From positions 1 through 64,000 of the forward strand of contig JBGAGQ010000017.1 of NCBI GenBank assembly GCA_044226625.1: a stretch of 64,000 nucleotides of DNA. The letters run 5' to 3'. Numbering within the stretch: the first letter of the stretch is position 1; each line of letters opens with the position of its first letter. Positions 9,699 through 19,613 of the stretch are shown one piece after another. Source of the stretch: Thermoanaerobaculia bacterium. GTDB taxonomy: Bacteria; Acidobacteriota; Thermoanaerobaculia; Multivoradales; UBA5704. A program made the position numbers and the translations under genes. The notes below the pieces were generated by a model. It was not told the DNA's origin. It ran no database searches and saw nothing but the letters and a program-made list of their open reading frames with translations.

Positions 9699-11084
9699 AT
9701 GCAGCCTCGGTCGGGAATCGGAGTCTGGGCGAAAGATGGGAAGAAGTCAGAGAGAGTCTTTCTCCTGGCGATCGCTTGCCTCGTTCTCCCCCTGGTCGGC
9801 CTCGCCGGAAACGCCGACGCGGCTCCGACCGGCGAGGTGATCCTCCTGCGTGCCTCCTCGATCGTCCATCCGCTGCTCTCGGAATACCTGGCGGAGGGGA
9901 TCGCGAAGGCGGACGCGTTGGGATCGCGGGCCGTGGTGATCGCGCTCGACACCCCCGGCGGCCTGCTCGACTCGACGCGCGAGATCACCACCGCGATCCT
10001 GGCCGCGAAGACCCCGGTGATCGTCTGGGTCGGTCCGGAGGGCGCGCATGCCGCCTCCGCTGGTTTCTTCATCCTGCAATCGGCCGACGTGGCGGCGATG
10101 GCCCCGGGGACCAACACCGGGGCGGCTCATCCGGTCGGCGGCGCGGGCGAGGACATCCCCGGTGTGATGGGCAAGAAGGTGGAGGAGGACGCCGCGGCTC
10201 AAGTGCGCGCGCTCGCGGTGCGGCGGGGGAGGAACGTCGCGCTCGCCGAGGCCGCCGTGCGCGAAAGCCGATCGTTCACCGCCGACGAGGCGCTCCAGGC
10301 GAAACTGATCGACGTCATCGCGCCGAACGTCGCGACGCTCCTCGCCGCCGTCGACGGTCGCCCGATCGTCCGCGGCGCCCAGCGTTCGCCGTTACGCGTG
10401 GCGGGCGCCTCGGTCCGCGAGATCGAGATGCCGACGTTCCGCGCCGTGCTCGCGCATCTCGCCGATCCGAACCTCGCCCTGGCGCTGCTGGTGCTCGGCG
10501 GCCTGGGGCTCTACTTCGAGCTGATGCATCCCGGAGCGATCCTCCCCGGCGTCGTCGGCTCGATCTCCCTGGTGCTCGCGTTCGCGGCGCTCTCGGTGCT
10601 CCCGGTGCGGGGCGCGGGGGTAGCGCTCGTGCTGCTCGCCATCGTGTTCTTCATCGCCGAGGTGAAAGTGACCAGCTACGGCCTGTTGACGCTCGCCGGC
10701 ATCACCTCTCTCGTGCTCGGCTCCCTCTTCCTGTTCGACTCGCCCGAGCCCGCGCTCCACGCTTCGCTCAAGATGGTCTCGATGCTCGCGGGATTCGCCG
10801 CGGCTCTCGCCGGCTTTCTCACCTGGATGGCGGTGCGCCGCAACCGTCTGCCGGTGCGCACCGGCAAGGAAGGGTTGCTGCTCGAGCGGGGCACCGCGCG
10901 TACCGCCTTGGATCCGTCGGGCAAGATCTTCGTCCACGGCGAGATCTGGGCCGCCGAAGCCGATCCCGCGTCGGGGCCGATCGCGGCGGGCGACAAGGTC
11001 GAGGTCATCGGCGTCGAGAATTTGACTTTGCGCGTCCGCTCGGTCGGAGCGCGCACATCGACGGGCGCCACCGCCCATTCGTAG
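9699..11084 (+). CDS. nfeD: NfeD membrane-bound ClpP-class serine protease (long form)
   Basis: LDTPGG, AASAG, GTNTGAAHPV, transmembrane block, C-terminal OB fold (GKIFVHGEIW); start uncertain. Confidence 0.9.
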   Translation: MQPRSGIGVWAKDGKKSERVFLLAIACLVLPLVGLAGNADAAPTGEVILLRASSIVHPLLSEYLAEGIAKADALGSRAVVIALDTPGGLLDSTREITTAILAAKTPVIVWVGPEGAHAASAGFFILQSADVAAMAPGTNTGAAHPVGGAGEDIPGVMGKKVEEDAAAQVRALAVRRGRNVALAEAAVRESRSFTADEALQAKLIDVIAPNVATLLAAVDGRPIVRGAQRSPLRVAGASVREIEMPTFRAVLAHLADPNLALALLVLGGLGLYFELMHPGAILPGVVGSISLVLAFAALSVLPVRGAGVALVLLAIVFFIAEVKVTSYGLLTLAGITSLVLGSLFLFDSPEPALHASLKMVSMLAGFAAALAGFLTWMAVRRNRLPVRTGKEGLLLERGTARTALDPSGKIFVHGEIWAAEADPASGPIAAGDKVEVIGVENLTLRVRSVGARTSTGATAHS

Positions 11085-11111
11085 ACCACTTTCGGGAAGG
11101 AATTGGCCATC

Positions 11112-11885
11112 ATGGAAAATTGGGTCGGGTGCGGCGTCGTCGTCATCATCGCGCTGTTCCTCTTCTCCCGTTGGGTGAACATCCTCAACGAGTACGAGCG
11201 CGCGGTGACCTTCTTCCTCGGCCGCTTGAGCAAGGAGCCGAAGGGGCCCGGGCTCGTGCTGATCTTCTGGCCGTTCGAGAAGATGGTGAAGGTGTCGATG
11301 CGCACCGTGGTGCTCGACGTGCCGCCGCAGGACATCATCACCAAGGACAACGTGTCGGTGAAGGTCAACGCGGTCGTCTACTTCCGCGTGGTCGATCCGT
11401 CGCGGGCGATCGTCTCGGTCGAGAACTACCTCTACGCGACGAGCCAGCTCGCGCAGACCACCCTCCGGTCCGTCCTCGGCCAGGCCGAGCTCGACGAGCT
11501 CCTGTCGGAGCGGGACAAGCTCAACGCTCAGCTTCAGGAGATCATCGACCATCAGACCGATCCCTGGGGGATCAAGGTGACGATGGTCGAGGTCAAGCAC
11601 GTCGACCTCCCGCAGGAGATGCAGCGCGCGATGGCGCGTCAGGCCGAGGCCGAGCGGGAGAAGCGGGCGAAGTACATCCACGCCCAGGGCGAGCTCGACG
11701 CCTCCGTCGCGCTGGGCCAGGCGGCCGAGATCGTCTCGTCGAACCCGGTCACGCTGCAGCTCCGCTACCTCCAGACTCTCACCGAGATCGCGGCCGAGAA
11801 GAACTCGACCATCCTCTTCCCGCTGCCGATGGATTTGGTCCGGCCCTTCCTGGAGATCGCTTCGAAGAAGGATGCGGCCGGATGA
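11112..11885 (+). CDS. SPFH/stomatin-like (slipin) protein
   Basis: [50 protein letters not shown]; canonical nfeD partner. Confidence 0.93.
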   Translation: MENWVGCGVVVIIALFLFSRWVNILNEYERAVTFFLGRLSKEPKGPGLVLIFWPFEKMVKVSMRTVVLDVPPQDIITKDNVSVKVNAVVYFRVVDPSRAIVSVENYLYATSQLAQTTLRSVLGQAELDELLSERDKLNAQLQEIIDHQTDPWGIKVTMVEVKHVDLPQEMQRAMARQAEAEREKRAKYIHAQGELDASVALGQAAEIVSSNPVTLQLRYLQTLTEIAAEKNSTILFPLPMDLVRPFLEIASKKDAAG

Positions 11886-11951
11886 CGGAGCCGTCCGGTA
11901 CACTGTGGGTCGCCGCGACGGTAGCGGCCGCCGGGATGTGAGGACCTCGTT

Positions 11952-12749
11952 TTGAGCACGAACGAAGAGCCGAGTTACTACGAGATCGCGCTCACCAACC
12001 GCCAGGTGGTGAGCGCGTTCGTGATCCTTTTGGGTTGTCTGTTGGTCGCCTTCCTGTCGGGGGTGTGGATCGGCAAGGGCCAGCTCGCCTCGGTCGAGGG
12101 AGCGCAGGTTCTCGCGACGCCACCGGAGAACGCGACGGTCGAGGCGGGCAAGCCGGAGGCCCTCGACTTCTTCGAGGACATCCAGACCGCCGGAAGCGAC
12201 AAGGGGCCGGAGCCGACCCCGCCGCCGAAGCCGGGTAGCGAGCCGCAGGTGGTCGAAAAGCCCGAGCCGTCGCCTGACACGATCTTCGAAGGGGAAGAGC
12301 CCGCGCCGGGCTCGCCGGGTGCCGCGGTGGCGGAGTCGAGCCCTGGATCGGACCGGTCGAACGGCGGAGACAAGCCGCTCGTCCGCTCCGAGCCGCCGCG
12401 CCCGGGCACCCGGGCGAGCGACGAACCGGCGAAGCCCGCGAACGACCGCGCGAACCGCCGCAACGAGGAGAAGGCCCCGACGAGCCGCCCGGCGGCGCCC
12501 GGAGGCGACCGCGAGCCGGCACCGGGCGCCATCGTGATCCAGGTCTTCGCTTCGCCCAGCCGGGACGAGGCGGTCAAGGTGCGCGACCGTCTGCGCAAGG
12601 GAGGAGAGAAGGCGTACCTCTCTCCGACGACCCAGGGGAAAACGCTCTATCGCGTCCGTGTCGGCCCGTTCAAGAAGCGCGATCGGGCGGTCGCCGTGGC
12701 GGCGAAGATCCAGAAGACGTACAAGCTCGAAACCTGGGTCACGCAGTAG
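11952..12749 (+). CDS. SPOR-domain membrane-anchored peptidoglycan-binding protein
   Basis: N-terminal TM helix, Pro-rich linker, C-terminal IQVFAS...YRVRVGPF. Confidence 0.85.
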   Translation: MSTNEEPSYYEIALTNRQVVSAFVILLGCLLVAFLSGVWIGKGQLASVEGAQVLATPPENATVEAGKPEALDFFEDIQTAGSDKGPEPTPPPKPGSEPQVVEKPEPSPDTIFEGEEPAPGSPGAAVAESSPGSDRSNGGDKPLVRSEPPRPGTRASDEPAKPANDRANRRNEEKAPTSRPAAPGGDREPAPGAIVIQVFASPSRDEAVKVRDRLRKGGEKAYLSPTTQGKTLYRVRVGPFKKRDRAVAVAAKIQKTYKLETWVTQ

Positions 12750-12758
12750 GCGCGTCGA

Positions 12759-14375
12759 TTGGGTCTACGCCTCGGGCGTCTCGCCCCGCTCGCACCGTAT
12801 CTGCTCGCGCTCGCCTCGGGACTCCTCTGGGGCGCTGCGTTCGGCCGCACCTCCTGGATCCTCGGCGGTTGGCTCGCGCTCTCGCCGCTCCTGGTCCTGC
12901 TCGGTCATCCCCGGGCGGGCCGGTTGGCGTACCTCCACGGCCTCGCCGCCTGGGGCCTCGGCCTCTCCTGGATTCCGGCGACGCTCACCCGCTTCGGCGG
13001 TCTCCCCGGCGTGGCGGCCGGCGGGTGCCTGCTCATCCTCGCGAGCTATCTCGCCCTGTTCGAGGTCGCGTTCGCTCGCCTCGGTCGAGCGTTCTGGCTT
13101 CGCGGGGGAGCGACCGCGCTCGTCGGGCTGCCGGCTCTGTGGGTTGGGCTCGAGTGGCTTCGCGCCCACCTGATCGGCGGCTTTCCGTGGAACCTCGCGG
13201 CCTATGCCTGGGTGGACGTCCCCGGCGCCCTACCGCTTTCGGCCTGGATCGGCGCCTACGGCGTCTCGTTCCTGGTCCTGTTCGCGAACGTCGGCGTGGC
13301 GCAGACCTGGATGGCGCCGGCCCGAGCCGACGGTGCCGAGGGCGGGCTTCGAGTCCGAGTCGCGCCGCTCGCGATCGCCCTCCTGGTTCCCCTCCTGCTG
13401 CTCGGCCTCGGCGGCCGGGCGACTCACCGCGCGGGGCTCGACCGCCAGATCGAGAGGATCGAGCGGGGCGATTTCGGCCGGCCGGTGCGGATCGTCCAGC
13501 CGAACCTGCCGATTCGCACCGACTGGGATCCTGAACAGGCGTACCGCGACTACCGTCGGGCGATCGAGCTCGCGAGCGATTCATGCGAGCCGGGAGCTCT
13601 CGTCGTCCTCCCGGAAAGCGCCCTCTGGCCGTTCTCCTACGATCACGATCCGGTCCTCCGCAACGATCTGGCGACCCTCGTCGCGCGCGGCTGCTCGCTC
13701 GTCTTCAACAGCCAGACCTCGGCGTCGGAGACGAAGATCTTCAACTCGGCCTACCTGCTCTCGCCGGTCCCGCCCGAGGTGACCCGCTACGACAAGCGCC
13801 ACCTGGTGCCGTTCGGCGAATACATCCCGTTCTCGGCGCTGCTCGGCTGGGTCGGCCGAATGGCGCGGGGGATCGGGGAGTACACCCCGGGCGCGGACGT
13901 CGTCCTGCTCCCGTGGAAGGGGGCCGGTGCGGCGCACCACGCTCTCGAAGCTCCGGACGACCGCGTCGGCATGGCGATCTGCTATGAGGTGGTCTATCCC
14001 GAGGACGTCGCGGATCTGTCGCGCGCCGGGGCCACGATCCTCGCTTCGGTGACCAACGACGCCTGGTACGGAGACACGTGGGCGCCGTATCAGCACCTTC
14101 GGGCGGCCCGGTTCCGGGCGGCCGAAAACCGCAAGCCGCTCCTGCGCGCCGGGCTCACCGGAGTCTCCGCCCTGATCGGCCCCGACGGCGCGGAGCAGGA
14201 GAGAGTCCCGCTCGGTACCACGGGCGTCATCCGCGCCCGGGTCACCGGCGAGGAGGGGGTGACCCCGTATGCTCGTGCGCCCTGGCTGCCGCCGCTCCTC
14301 GCCTCGCTCTTTGCCCTGTTTGCTATCATCCGTTGTCGTTGGTCGACGTCCCGTCGAGACCATCCGGCGCGTTAG
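12759..14375 (+). CDS. lnt: Apolipoprotein N-acyltransferase
   Basis: GGFPWN; catalytic E-K-C triad in VLPES, YDKRHLVPFGEY, ICYEVVY; TNDAWYG. Confidence 0.95.
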   Translation: MGLRLGRLAPLAPYLLALASGLLWGAAFGRTSWILGGWLALSPLLVLLGHPRAGRLAYLHGLAAWGLGLSWIPATLTRFGGLPGVAAGGCLLILASYLALFEVAFARLGRAFWLRGGATALVGLPALWVGLEWLRAHLIGGFPWNLAAYAWVDVPGALPLSAWIGAYGVSFLVLFANVGVAQTWMAPARADGAEGGLRVRVAPLAIALLVPLLLLGLGGRATHRAGLDRQIERIERGDFGRPVRIVQPNLPIRTDWDPEQAYRDYRRAIELASDSCEPGALVVLPESALWPFSYDHDPVLRNDLATLVARGCSLVFNSQTSASETKIFNSAYLLSPVPPEVTRYDKRHLVPFGEYIPFSALLGWVGRMARGIGEYTPGADVVLLPWKGAGAAHHALEAPDDRVGMAICYEVVYPEDVADLSRAGATILASVTNDAWYGDTWAPYQHLRAARFRAAENRKPLLRAGLTGVSALIGPDGAEQERVPLGTTGVIRARVTGEEGVTPYARAPWLPPLLASLFALFAIIRCRWSTSRRDHPAR

Positions 14376-14404
14376 ATCCCCCTCACGATTTCTAGGAGTT
14401 CCCC

Positions 14405-15521
14405 ATGATCGCCTCCGACGTTCAGCAACGGATCGACAAGCTCGCCTCGAAGCTCGGTAACCTTCGGGGGTATCTTTGAGGACGCTGGATTCGAAAAACG
14501 GATCGGCGAGATCGACAAACAGATGGAAGCGCCCGGTTTCTGGGACAACCCGGGCAAGAGCGCACCGCTGCTGCAAGAGCGTAGGGGCCTCGACCGCAAG
14601 CTCGCGACGCTGAAGAAGCTCCGCACCGACGCCTCCGATCTCGACACCTGGAGCGAGCTGCTCGCCGAGGGCGAAGCGGATCCCGAGGTCGAGACCTTTC
14701 TCGAAGGCCTTTCCGGTGACCTCGACAAGCTGGAGATCGAGCTCAAGCTCGCCGGCCCCGACGACGACAAGAGCGCGATCCTGGTGATCCATCCCGGAGC
14801 GGGCGGCACCGAATCGCAGGATTGGGCCGAGATGCTGCTGCGCATCTACCTTCGCTTCGGCGAGCGCCACGGCTACGACGTCGAGCTGATGGAGCGTCAG
14901 GACGGCGAAGAGGCGGGGATCAAGAGCGCCACCCTCGGCGTCCGGGGCGAGTACGCCTATGGATACCTGAAGAGCGAGAAGGGGGTCCATCGCCTGGTCC
15001 GGATCAGCCCGTTCGATTTCCAGGGGCGCCGCCATACTTCGTTCGCCTCGGTCGACGTCTATCCGGAGGTCGACGACGACATCAAGATCGAGATCAACGA
15101 CAACGACCTGCGGATCGATACCTACCGCGCTTCCGGCGCCGGTGGCCAGCACGTCAACAAGACCGATTCCGCCGTGCGCATCACCCACCTGCCGACCAAC
15201 ACCGTGGTCGCCTGCCAGAACGAGCGGAGCCAGATCAAGAACCGCGCGATGGCGATGAAGATCCTTCGCTCACGCCTCTACGACCTCGAGGTTCGGAAGC
15301 GCGAAGCCGAGCTCGCCGAGCGGGAAGGCAAGAAGCTCGACAACGCCTGGGGAAGCCAGATCCGCAGCTACGTCCTCGCGCCCTATCGGCTGGTCAAAGA
15401 CCACCGCACCGGCTGCGAGGTCGGGGACGCCGACAAGGTGCTCGACGGCGGCATCGATCCCTTCATCGAGGCCTATTTGAAGGGGCAGATGTCGGCGGGC
15501 GCCGCGGACGAGCTGGAGTAG
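14405..15521 (+). CDS. prfB: Peptide chain release factor 2 with programmed +1 frameshift
   Basis: ATG 14405, then GGGGG-TAT-CTT-TGA-G (CTT 14474-76, TGA 14477-79); the +1 frame continues into the long ORF with SPF and GGQ motifs. Confidence 0.96.
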
Positions 15522-15533
15522 GGGAGGCGCCGG

Positions 15534-16148
15534 CTAGTAGTTTCGCCGCATCGACCGGTAGTCCTTCAGAACGCGCTTCCGGTGAAGCCCTCGGTATTTG
15601 TTGATGCCGTAGCGCTGGGCGTTCGCCCGGGCGCCGCGGGAGGTGTTGCAGGTGCCGCACAGGACGCGGCCGTTCCGGATGAGGTTCCTGCCGCCTCGTC
15701 CGTGATGATGGATGTGATCGATGTGGAATCCGCCGTCGCCGACCCTTCGCCCTCGGTAGGTCGCGTACTGTCGGAGGCCGTGTTGAAAGCCGCAGGCGCC
15801 GTTCTCGCAGGTATAGAAGCCGCCGTTTCTCCTTCGATTCTTGGCCAGGATCTTATCTCGCTGCTCTTTGGTGAACTTGACCCGTTGAATCGGCGCGGGT
15901 CCGTTCTGGGTCGCCGAGCTGGCGCTTGTCCCGTCGTGCCGGGATTCCGGCTGTGAATTTTCAACGGGAATCGTGGCGAAGTCATGACCGAGCCGCGACG
16001 ACCGCCCCAGGAGGTCCCCGCCTCGGACCTGCGACTCTCCTTGCGTGGGAAGGGCCCGCCCGGCGGGTGCCGCCGAGTCGAAGAGAGATCCGCTCGGAAG
16101 CGCCGCCTTCGGCCGCGGCCGGGCGATCTGCGCTGCTTGGCTCACCAT
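15534..16148 (-). CDS. HNH nuclease with a disordered N-terminal leader (putative secreted effector)
   Basis: CENGAC..HIDHIHHHGRGGRN..NGRVLCGTCNTSRG; leader carries GHDFATIPV and APIQR. Confidence 0.75.
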   Translation of the reverse strand: MVSQAAQIARPRPKAALPSGSLFDSAAPAGRALPTQGESQVRGGDLLGRSSRLGHDFATIPVENSQPESRHDGTSASSATQNGPAPIQRVKFTKEQRDKILAKNRRRNGGFYTCENGACGFQHGLRQYATYRGRRVGDGGFHIDHIHHHGRGGRNLIRNGRVLCGTCNTSRGARANAQRYGINKYRGLHRKRVLKDYRSMRRNY

Positions 16149-16162
16149 GGGGCCGATCTTCT

Positions 16163-17284
16163 CTAAGGCGCGAAACGGATGCAATAGATCGGCGGCAGGT
16201 GCGCCGAGAGCGAAGTCCAGGTATCCCCCTGGTCCTCGGTGATCCAGAGCGATCCGGTCGTGCTGCCGAACGCGAGCCGGTCGCCGCTCGCGTCGATGTC
16301 GAGCGCATGACGGTAGATCAGGTCGTAGGCGTTCTCCTGCGGGAGCCCGTGGCTCAACACGTCGAAGCTCTTACCCCCGTCGCGGGTGCGGAGGGCGACG
16401 AGCTGGCCGTCGACCGGAATGCGCTTCTCGTCCTTGATCGCCGGCACGAACCACGCCGTATCGGGGTCGGTCGGGTGGACGGCGGCGGCGAAGCCGAAGC
16501 CCGACCGCGGGATGTCGTGGATCTCCTGCCACGAGGCGGCGCCGTCGGTGGAGCGGAAGATGCCGTTGTGGTGCTGCACCCAGAGGGCATCGGGGTTGTC
16601 GCGGCTCGCGACCAGGATGTGCGGGTCCTGGACGTTCTGGTCGTAGGCGCGCTCCGGCGGCATGTATTCGGCGCGCATTCCTTGGGCGCGGGGATTCCAG
16701 GTTGCGCCGCCGTCGAGGGTCTCCCAGACGCCGCCGCAGGAGATCGCGACCAGCACGCGCTGCTCGTTGCGCGGATCGACGAAGACCGAGTGGATGCCCG
16801 GCCAGTCGTAGCCGCCGCCGAACCACCCTTTTCGCTCCGGCTTGTCCCAGAGCGGGCGGTTGAGCTCCCAGGTTGCGCCGCCGTCCTCCGAACGGAACAA
16901 CCCTCCGGGTAACGTGCCGCACCAAAGCGATTCGCCCGACTCCGACGTGCTTCCGTCGGTCATCGCCCAGACCTTCCGCAGCTTCCAGGCGATCGAGGTG
17001 CCGTTGTCGTCGCGGTCGTCCACCTCCGCCGGCTTCTCCGGATAGACGGGGGACGCGCGATCTTCCCAGGTGGCGCCGCCGTCGTCCGACCGCTTTAGCT
17101 TGACGCCGAAATGTCCGAGGTCGAGCGCCGCGTAGATCCGCCCCGCGCGGTCGACGTGGACGATCGAGATCGGATCGCCGAGGAAAGCGGTCTGCGCGAT
17201 CTTCCATCCCGCCTCTCCGCGATGGAGGGTGAACAGACCCTTCCGCGTGGCGACGAACAGTCGGCTGCTGGGGGAGTGGCTCAT
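16163..17284 (-). CDS. BNR/Asp-box beta-propeller (sialidase-like) protein
   Basis: Repeated (S/T)xDGGxTW Asp-boxes; QHHNGIFRS. Confidence 0.88.
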   Translation of the reverse strand: MSHSPSSRLFVATRKGLFTLHRGEAGWKIAQTAFLGDPISIVHVDRAGRIYAALDLGHFGVKLKRSDDGGATWEDRASPVYPEKPAEVDDRDDNGTSIAWKLRKVWAMTDGSTSESGESLWCGTLPGGLFRSEDGGATWELNRPLWDKPERKGWFGGGYDWPGIHSVFVDPRNEQRVLVAISCGGVWETLDGGATWNPRAQGMRAEYMPPERAYDQNVQDPHILVASRDNPDALWVQHHNGIFRSTDGAASWQEIHDIPRSGFGFAAAVHPTDPDTAWFVPAIKDEKRIPVDGQLVALRTRDGGKSFDVLSHGLPQENAYDLIYRHALDIDASGDRLAFGSTTGSLWITEDQGDTWTSLSAHLPPIYCIRFAP

Positions 17285-17318
17285 CGGAACCTCCTGGGGT
17301 GGAGAGAAAGCGGCCGGC

Positions 17319-17588
17319 TCAGCCGCCGGAAAGGGCCTGCATGACGTAGATCTGGCTGCCGGGGCTCACCGCGTCCGACAACCCCTCCCGGTCGCGTACC
17401 GCCTCGCCGTCGACGAAGACGATCATGTGCTTGCGCAACGCGTGCTGATCGTCGAGGACGTAGCCGCGCACCGCGGGATTGACGGCGAACGCCCGGTCCA
17501 GCGCCTCGCGCACGGTGGTTCCGTCGACTTCTTGCGGCGGGCAGGACAGGTGTCGTTCGAGCGCCGAAGTGAAGATGACTTGAGGCAT
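17319..17588 (-). CDS. ThiS/MoaD-family ubiquitin-like protein
   Basis: 89 aa beta-grasp pattern with C-terminal ALSGG. Confidence 0.88.
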   Translation of the reverse strand: MPQVIFTSALERHLSCPPQEVDGTTVREALDRAFAVNPAVRGYVLDDQHALRKHMIVFVDGEAVRDREGLSDAVSPGSQIYVMQALSGG

Positions 17589-17764
17589 CCTGGGAATGAT
17601 ATCCGAGCCTCGCGCGGGTAATCGGTCCTGTTCGATCTCTTTCTTATTGTAGAGGTGGTGATACCGTTGGCCTATGGGCTACTCAAAGGCATTGAGCCTG
17701 AATCGACGAGAGCCTCGGGTACATCGCCTCGAATCGTAGGTTCTTCGGCCGAAAGGAAGCAGAA

Positions 17765-19495
17765 ATGCTCAACAACGGCGACACCCAGAGAGAGTTCAAG
17801 GTCGGCAACGCGAAAATTCGTGGCCTGGGTAGTTTTCACAAGACTCTTCCCCACAACAAGTGGGGAGAGGTCAAGGAAGATGCGTTCAAGAAACTGGTCG
17901 CCGCCGCGGAAGGCGACGGCAGCGGCTTTGCCCTGGTGCCGAAAGGAACGCCCGACGCAGCCGCCCTCACCAATCCTCAAGGCGGCCTCGCGAGCGACCG
18001 GCTTACGCAGTATCCCGGCTCGTACTCGATGCCTCCCGCCCCCAAGGTTCTGTCCACGACCACCGCGGCGGAGATGACCGAGATGTATTGGATGGCGCTC
18101 TTGCGCGACGTGCCCTTCGACCGATTCGAGACGGATCCGGACGTGGCCCGGGCAGCCCCAGAGCTTGACGGCGTGTTCCGGCAAGCCGTCGACGACGAGA
18201 GGGACGTAGGGCATCTGATGACCGGCGTTGACGTTCCGGGGCCAAAAGGCACCCTCGCGCGGATCACGCCGAGGAATCTATTTCGGCTCGGGTTGCCCGG
18301 CGAGGAGATCGGTCCGCTGGTGAGTCAGTTCTTCGTTCGCGACATCCATTACGGGACCCAGCGCATCGACCAGCAGCAGCTACCGTACAAGAAGCACCGC
18401 GATTACCTGACGACCTTCCCGGATTGGATCAACGCCCAGTCGAGCGGAAGGGACGGAAATGGCCAGGCGTATCCGAAGTCGAACGAGGACAGCGGGGACA
18501 ACTTCGAGACCAACCGCCGGTATATTTCCACCCCGCGAGATCTCGCCCGATTCGTGAACAAGGACGCCCTCCACCAGGCGTATTTCAATGCCGCCCTGCT
18601 CCTCCTCTCCGGCGGAGCGCGGTGGACTCCCGGAAACCCTTACGGCGACGGCCAACCTTTAGAGAATCGGGAAGCTGGCTTCGGCGTTCTCGGCGGACCC
18701 CACATTCTGGCGTTGGTTTCCGAAGTCGCTACCCGTGCCTTGAAGGTCGTGTGGAACCAAAAGTGGCAGGTTCATCTCCGCCTTCGACCTGAAGCGTACG
18801 GCGGCCTCGTCCACGTTCAGAACGTCGGTAACGGTGACCCTGACGGCAAACGTCCCTACGGGCTTCCGGGTTGGGTCGCCCGGACCAAGGCCGCCAGGGC
18901 GGTTCGCCGACTGCACGAGAGCCTGTTACTTCCTATGGCGTTCACCCCGGGGAGCCCGACTCATCCGTCCTATGGCGCCGGGCACGCGACGGTCGCCGGC
19001 ATCTGCGTCACGGTCTTGAAAGCCTATTTCAAGACCTTCACCACCAATGCGCAAGGCGTGGACGTCCCCGTCTTCTTCAACACGCTGACGGAGCGGGAGA
19101 ACCCCTACGGTGCCGGGGCGACCATCCGCTCCTACGTTACCGGTGTAACCTCAGGACCCGGCGGCGACGTGGGAACGCGCACTCCTTTGCCCAAGCAAGT
19201 CGCCGACAAGCTCACGATCGAAGGGGAGCTCAACAAGCTTGCCACGAACGTGGCGATGGGCCGGAGCATCGGCGGTGTTCACTGGCGGACGGACAACGCC
19301 CGCAGTCTGATGCTCGGCGAGGCGCTCGCCGCGCGGGTTCTCGCCGACATTACGACCGATGCGAACGAGAAGCCTCGGTTCGCCTTCCGCAGCTTCAGCC
19401 GAAAGGCGAACGGCGAACCGAAGAGGGTCGAGATCCGACAGGGCAGGGTCTATGTGGACGGCGTGCTCGTCGACACGAATAGCAGCGCCTTCTAA
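17765..19495 (+). CDS. Vanadium-dependent haloperoxidase
   Basis: Vanadate-binding motifs QKWQVHLRLRPEAYGG, PTHPSYGAGHATVAG and GRSIGGVHWRTD; FHKTLPHN and EMYWMALLRDVPF. Confidence 0.92.
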   Translation: MLNNGDTQREFKVGNAKIRGLGSFHKTLPHNKWGEVKEDAFKKLVAAAEGDGSGFALVPKGTPDAAALTNPQGGLASDRLTQYPGSYSMPPAPKVLSTTTAAEMTEMYWMALLRDVPFDRFETDPDVARAAPELDGVFRQAVDDERDVGHLMTGVDVPGPKGTLARITPRNLFRLGLPGEEIGPLVSQFFVRDIHYGTQRIDQQQLPYKKHRDYLTTFPDWINAQSSGRDGNGQAYPKSNEDSGDNFETNRRYISTPRDLARFVNKDALHQAYFNAALLLLSGGARWTPGNPYGDGQPLENREAGFGVLGGPHILALVSEVATRALKVVWNQKWQVHLRLRPEAYGGLVHVQNVGNGDPDGKRPYGLPGWVARTKAARAVRRLHESLLLPMAFTPGSPTHPSYGAGHATVAGICVTVLKAYFKTFTTNAQGVDVPVFFNTLTERENPYGAGATIRSYVTGVTSGPGGDVGTRTPLPKQVADKLTIEGELNKLATNVAMGRSIGGVHWRTDNARSLMLGEALAARVLADITTDANEKPRFAFRSFSRKANGEPKRVEIRQGRVYVDGVLVDTNSSAF

Positions 19496-19613
19496 AGGAA
19501 CCTAGGATTCTGGGTTCCGCCGGTCGGACGACCCGGTGTCTCGAATCACAATCTAGAGGAAGAGGAAAGGTTTTCGGGGCGACGGACGGGAGGAGGGATA
19601 TAGTCCCCACCCC

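Noticed and set aside
9699-11885. nfeD-SPFH as a novel system
   Set aside because: A well-described, widespread gene pair.
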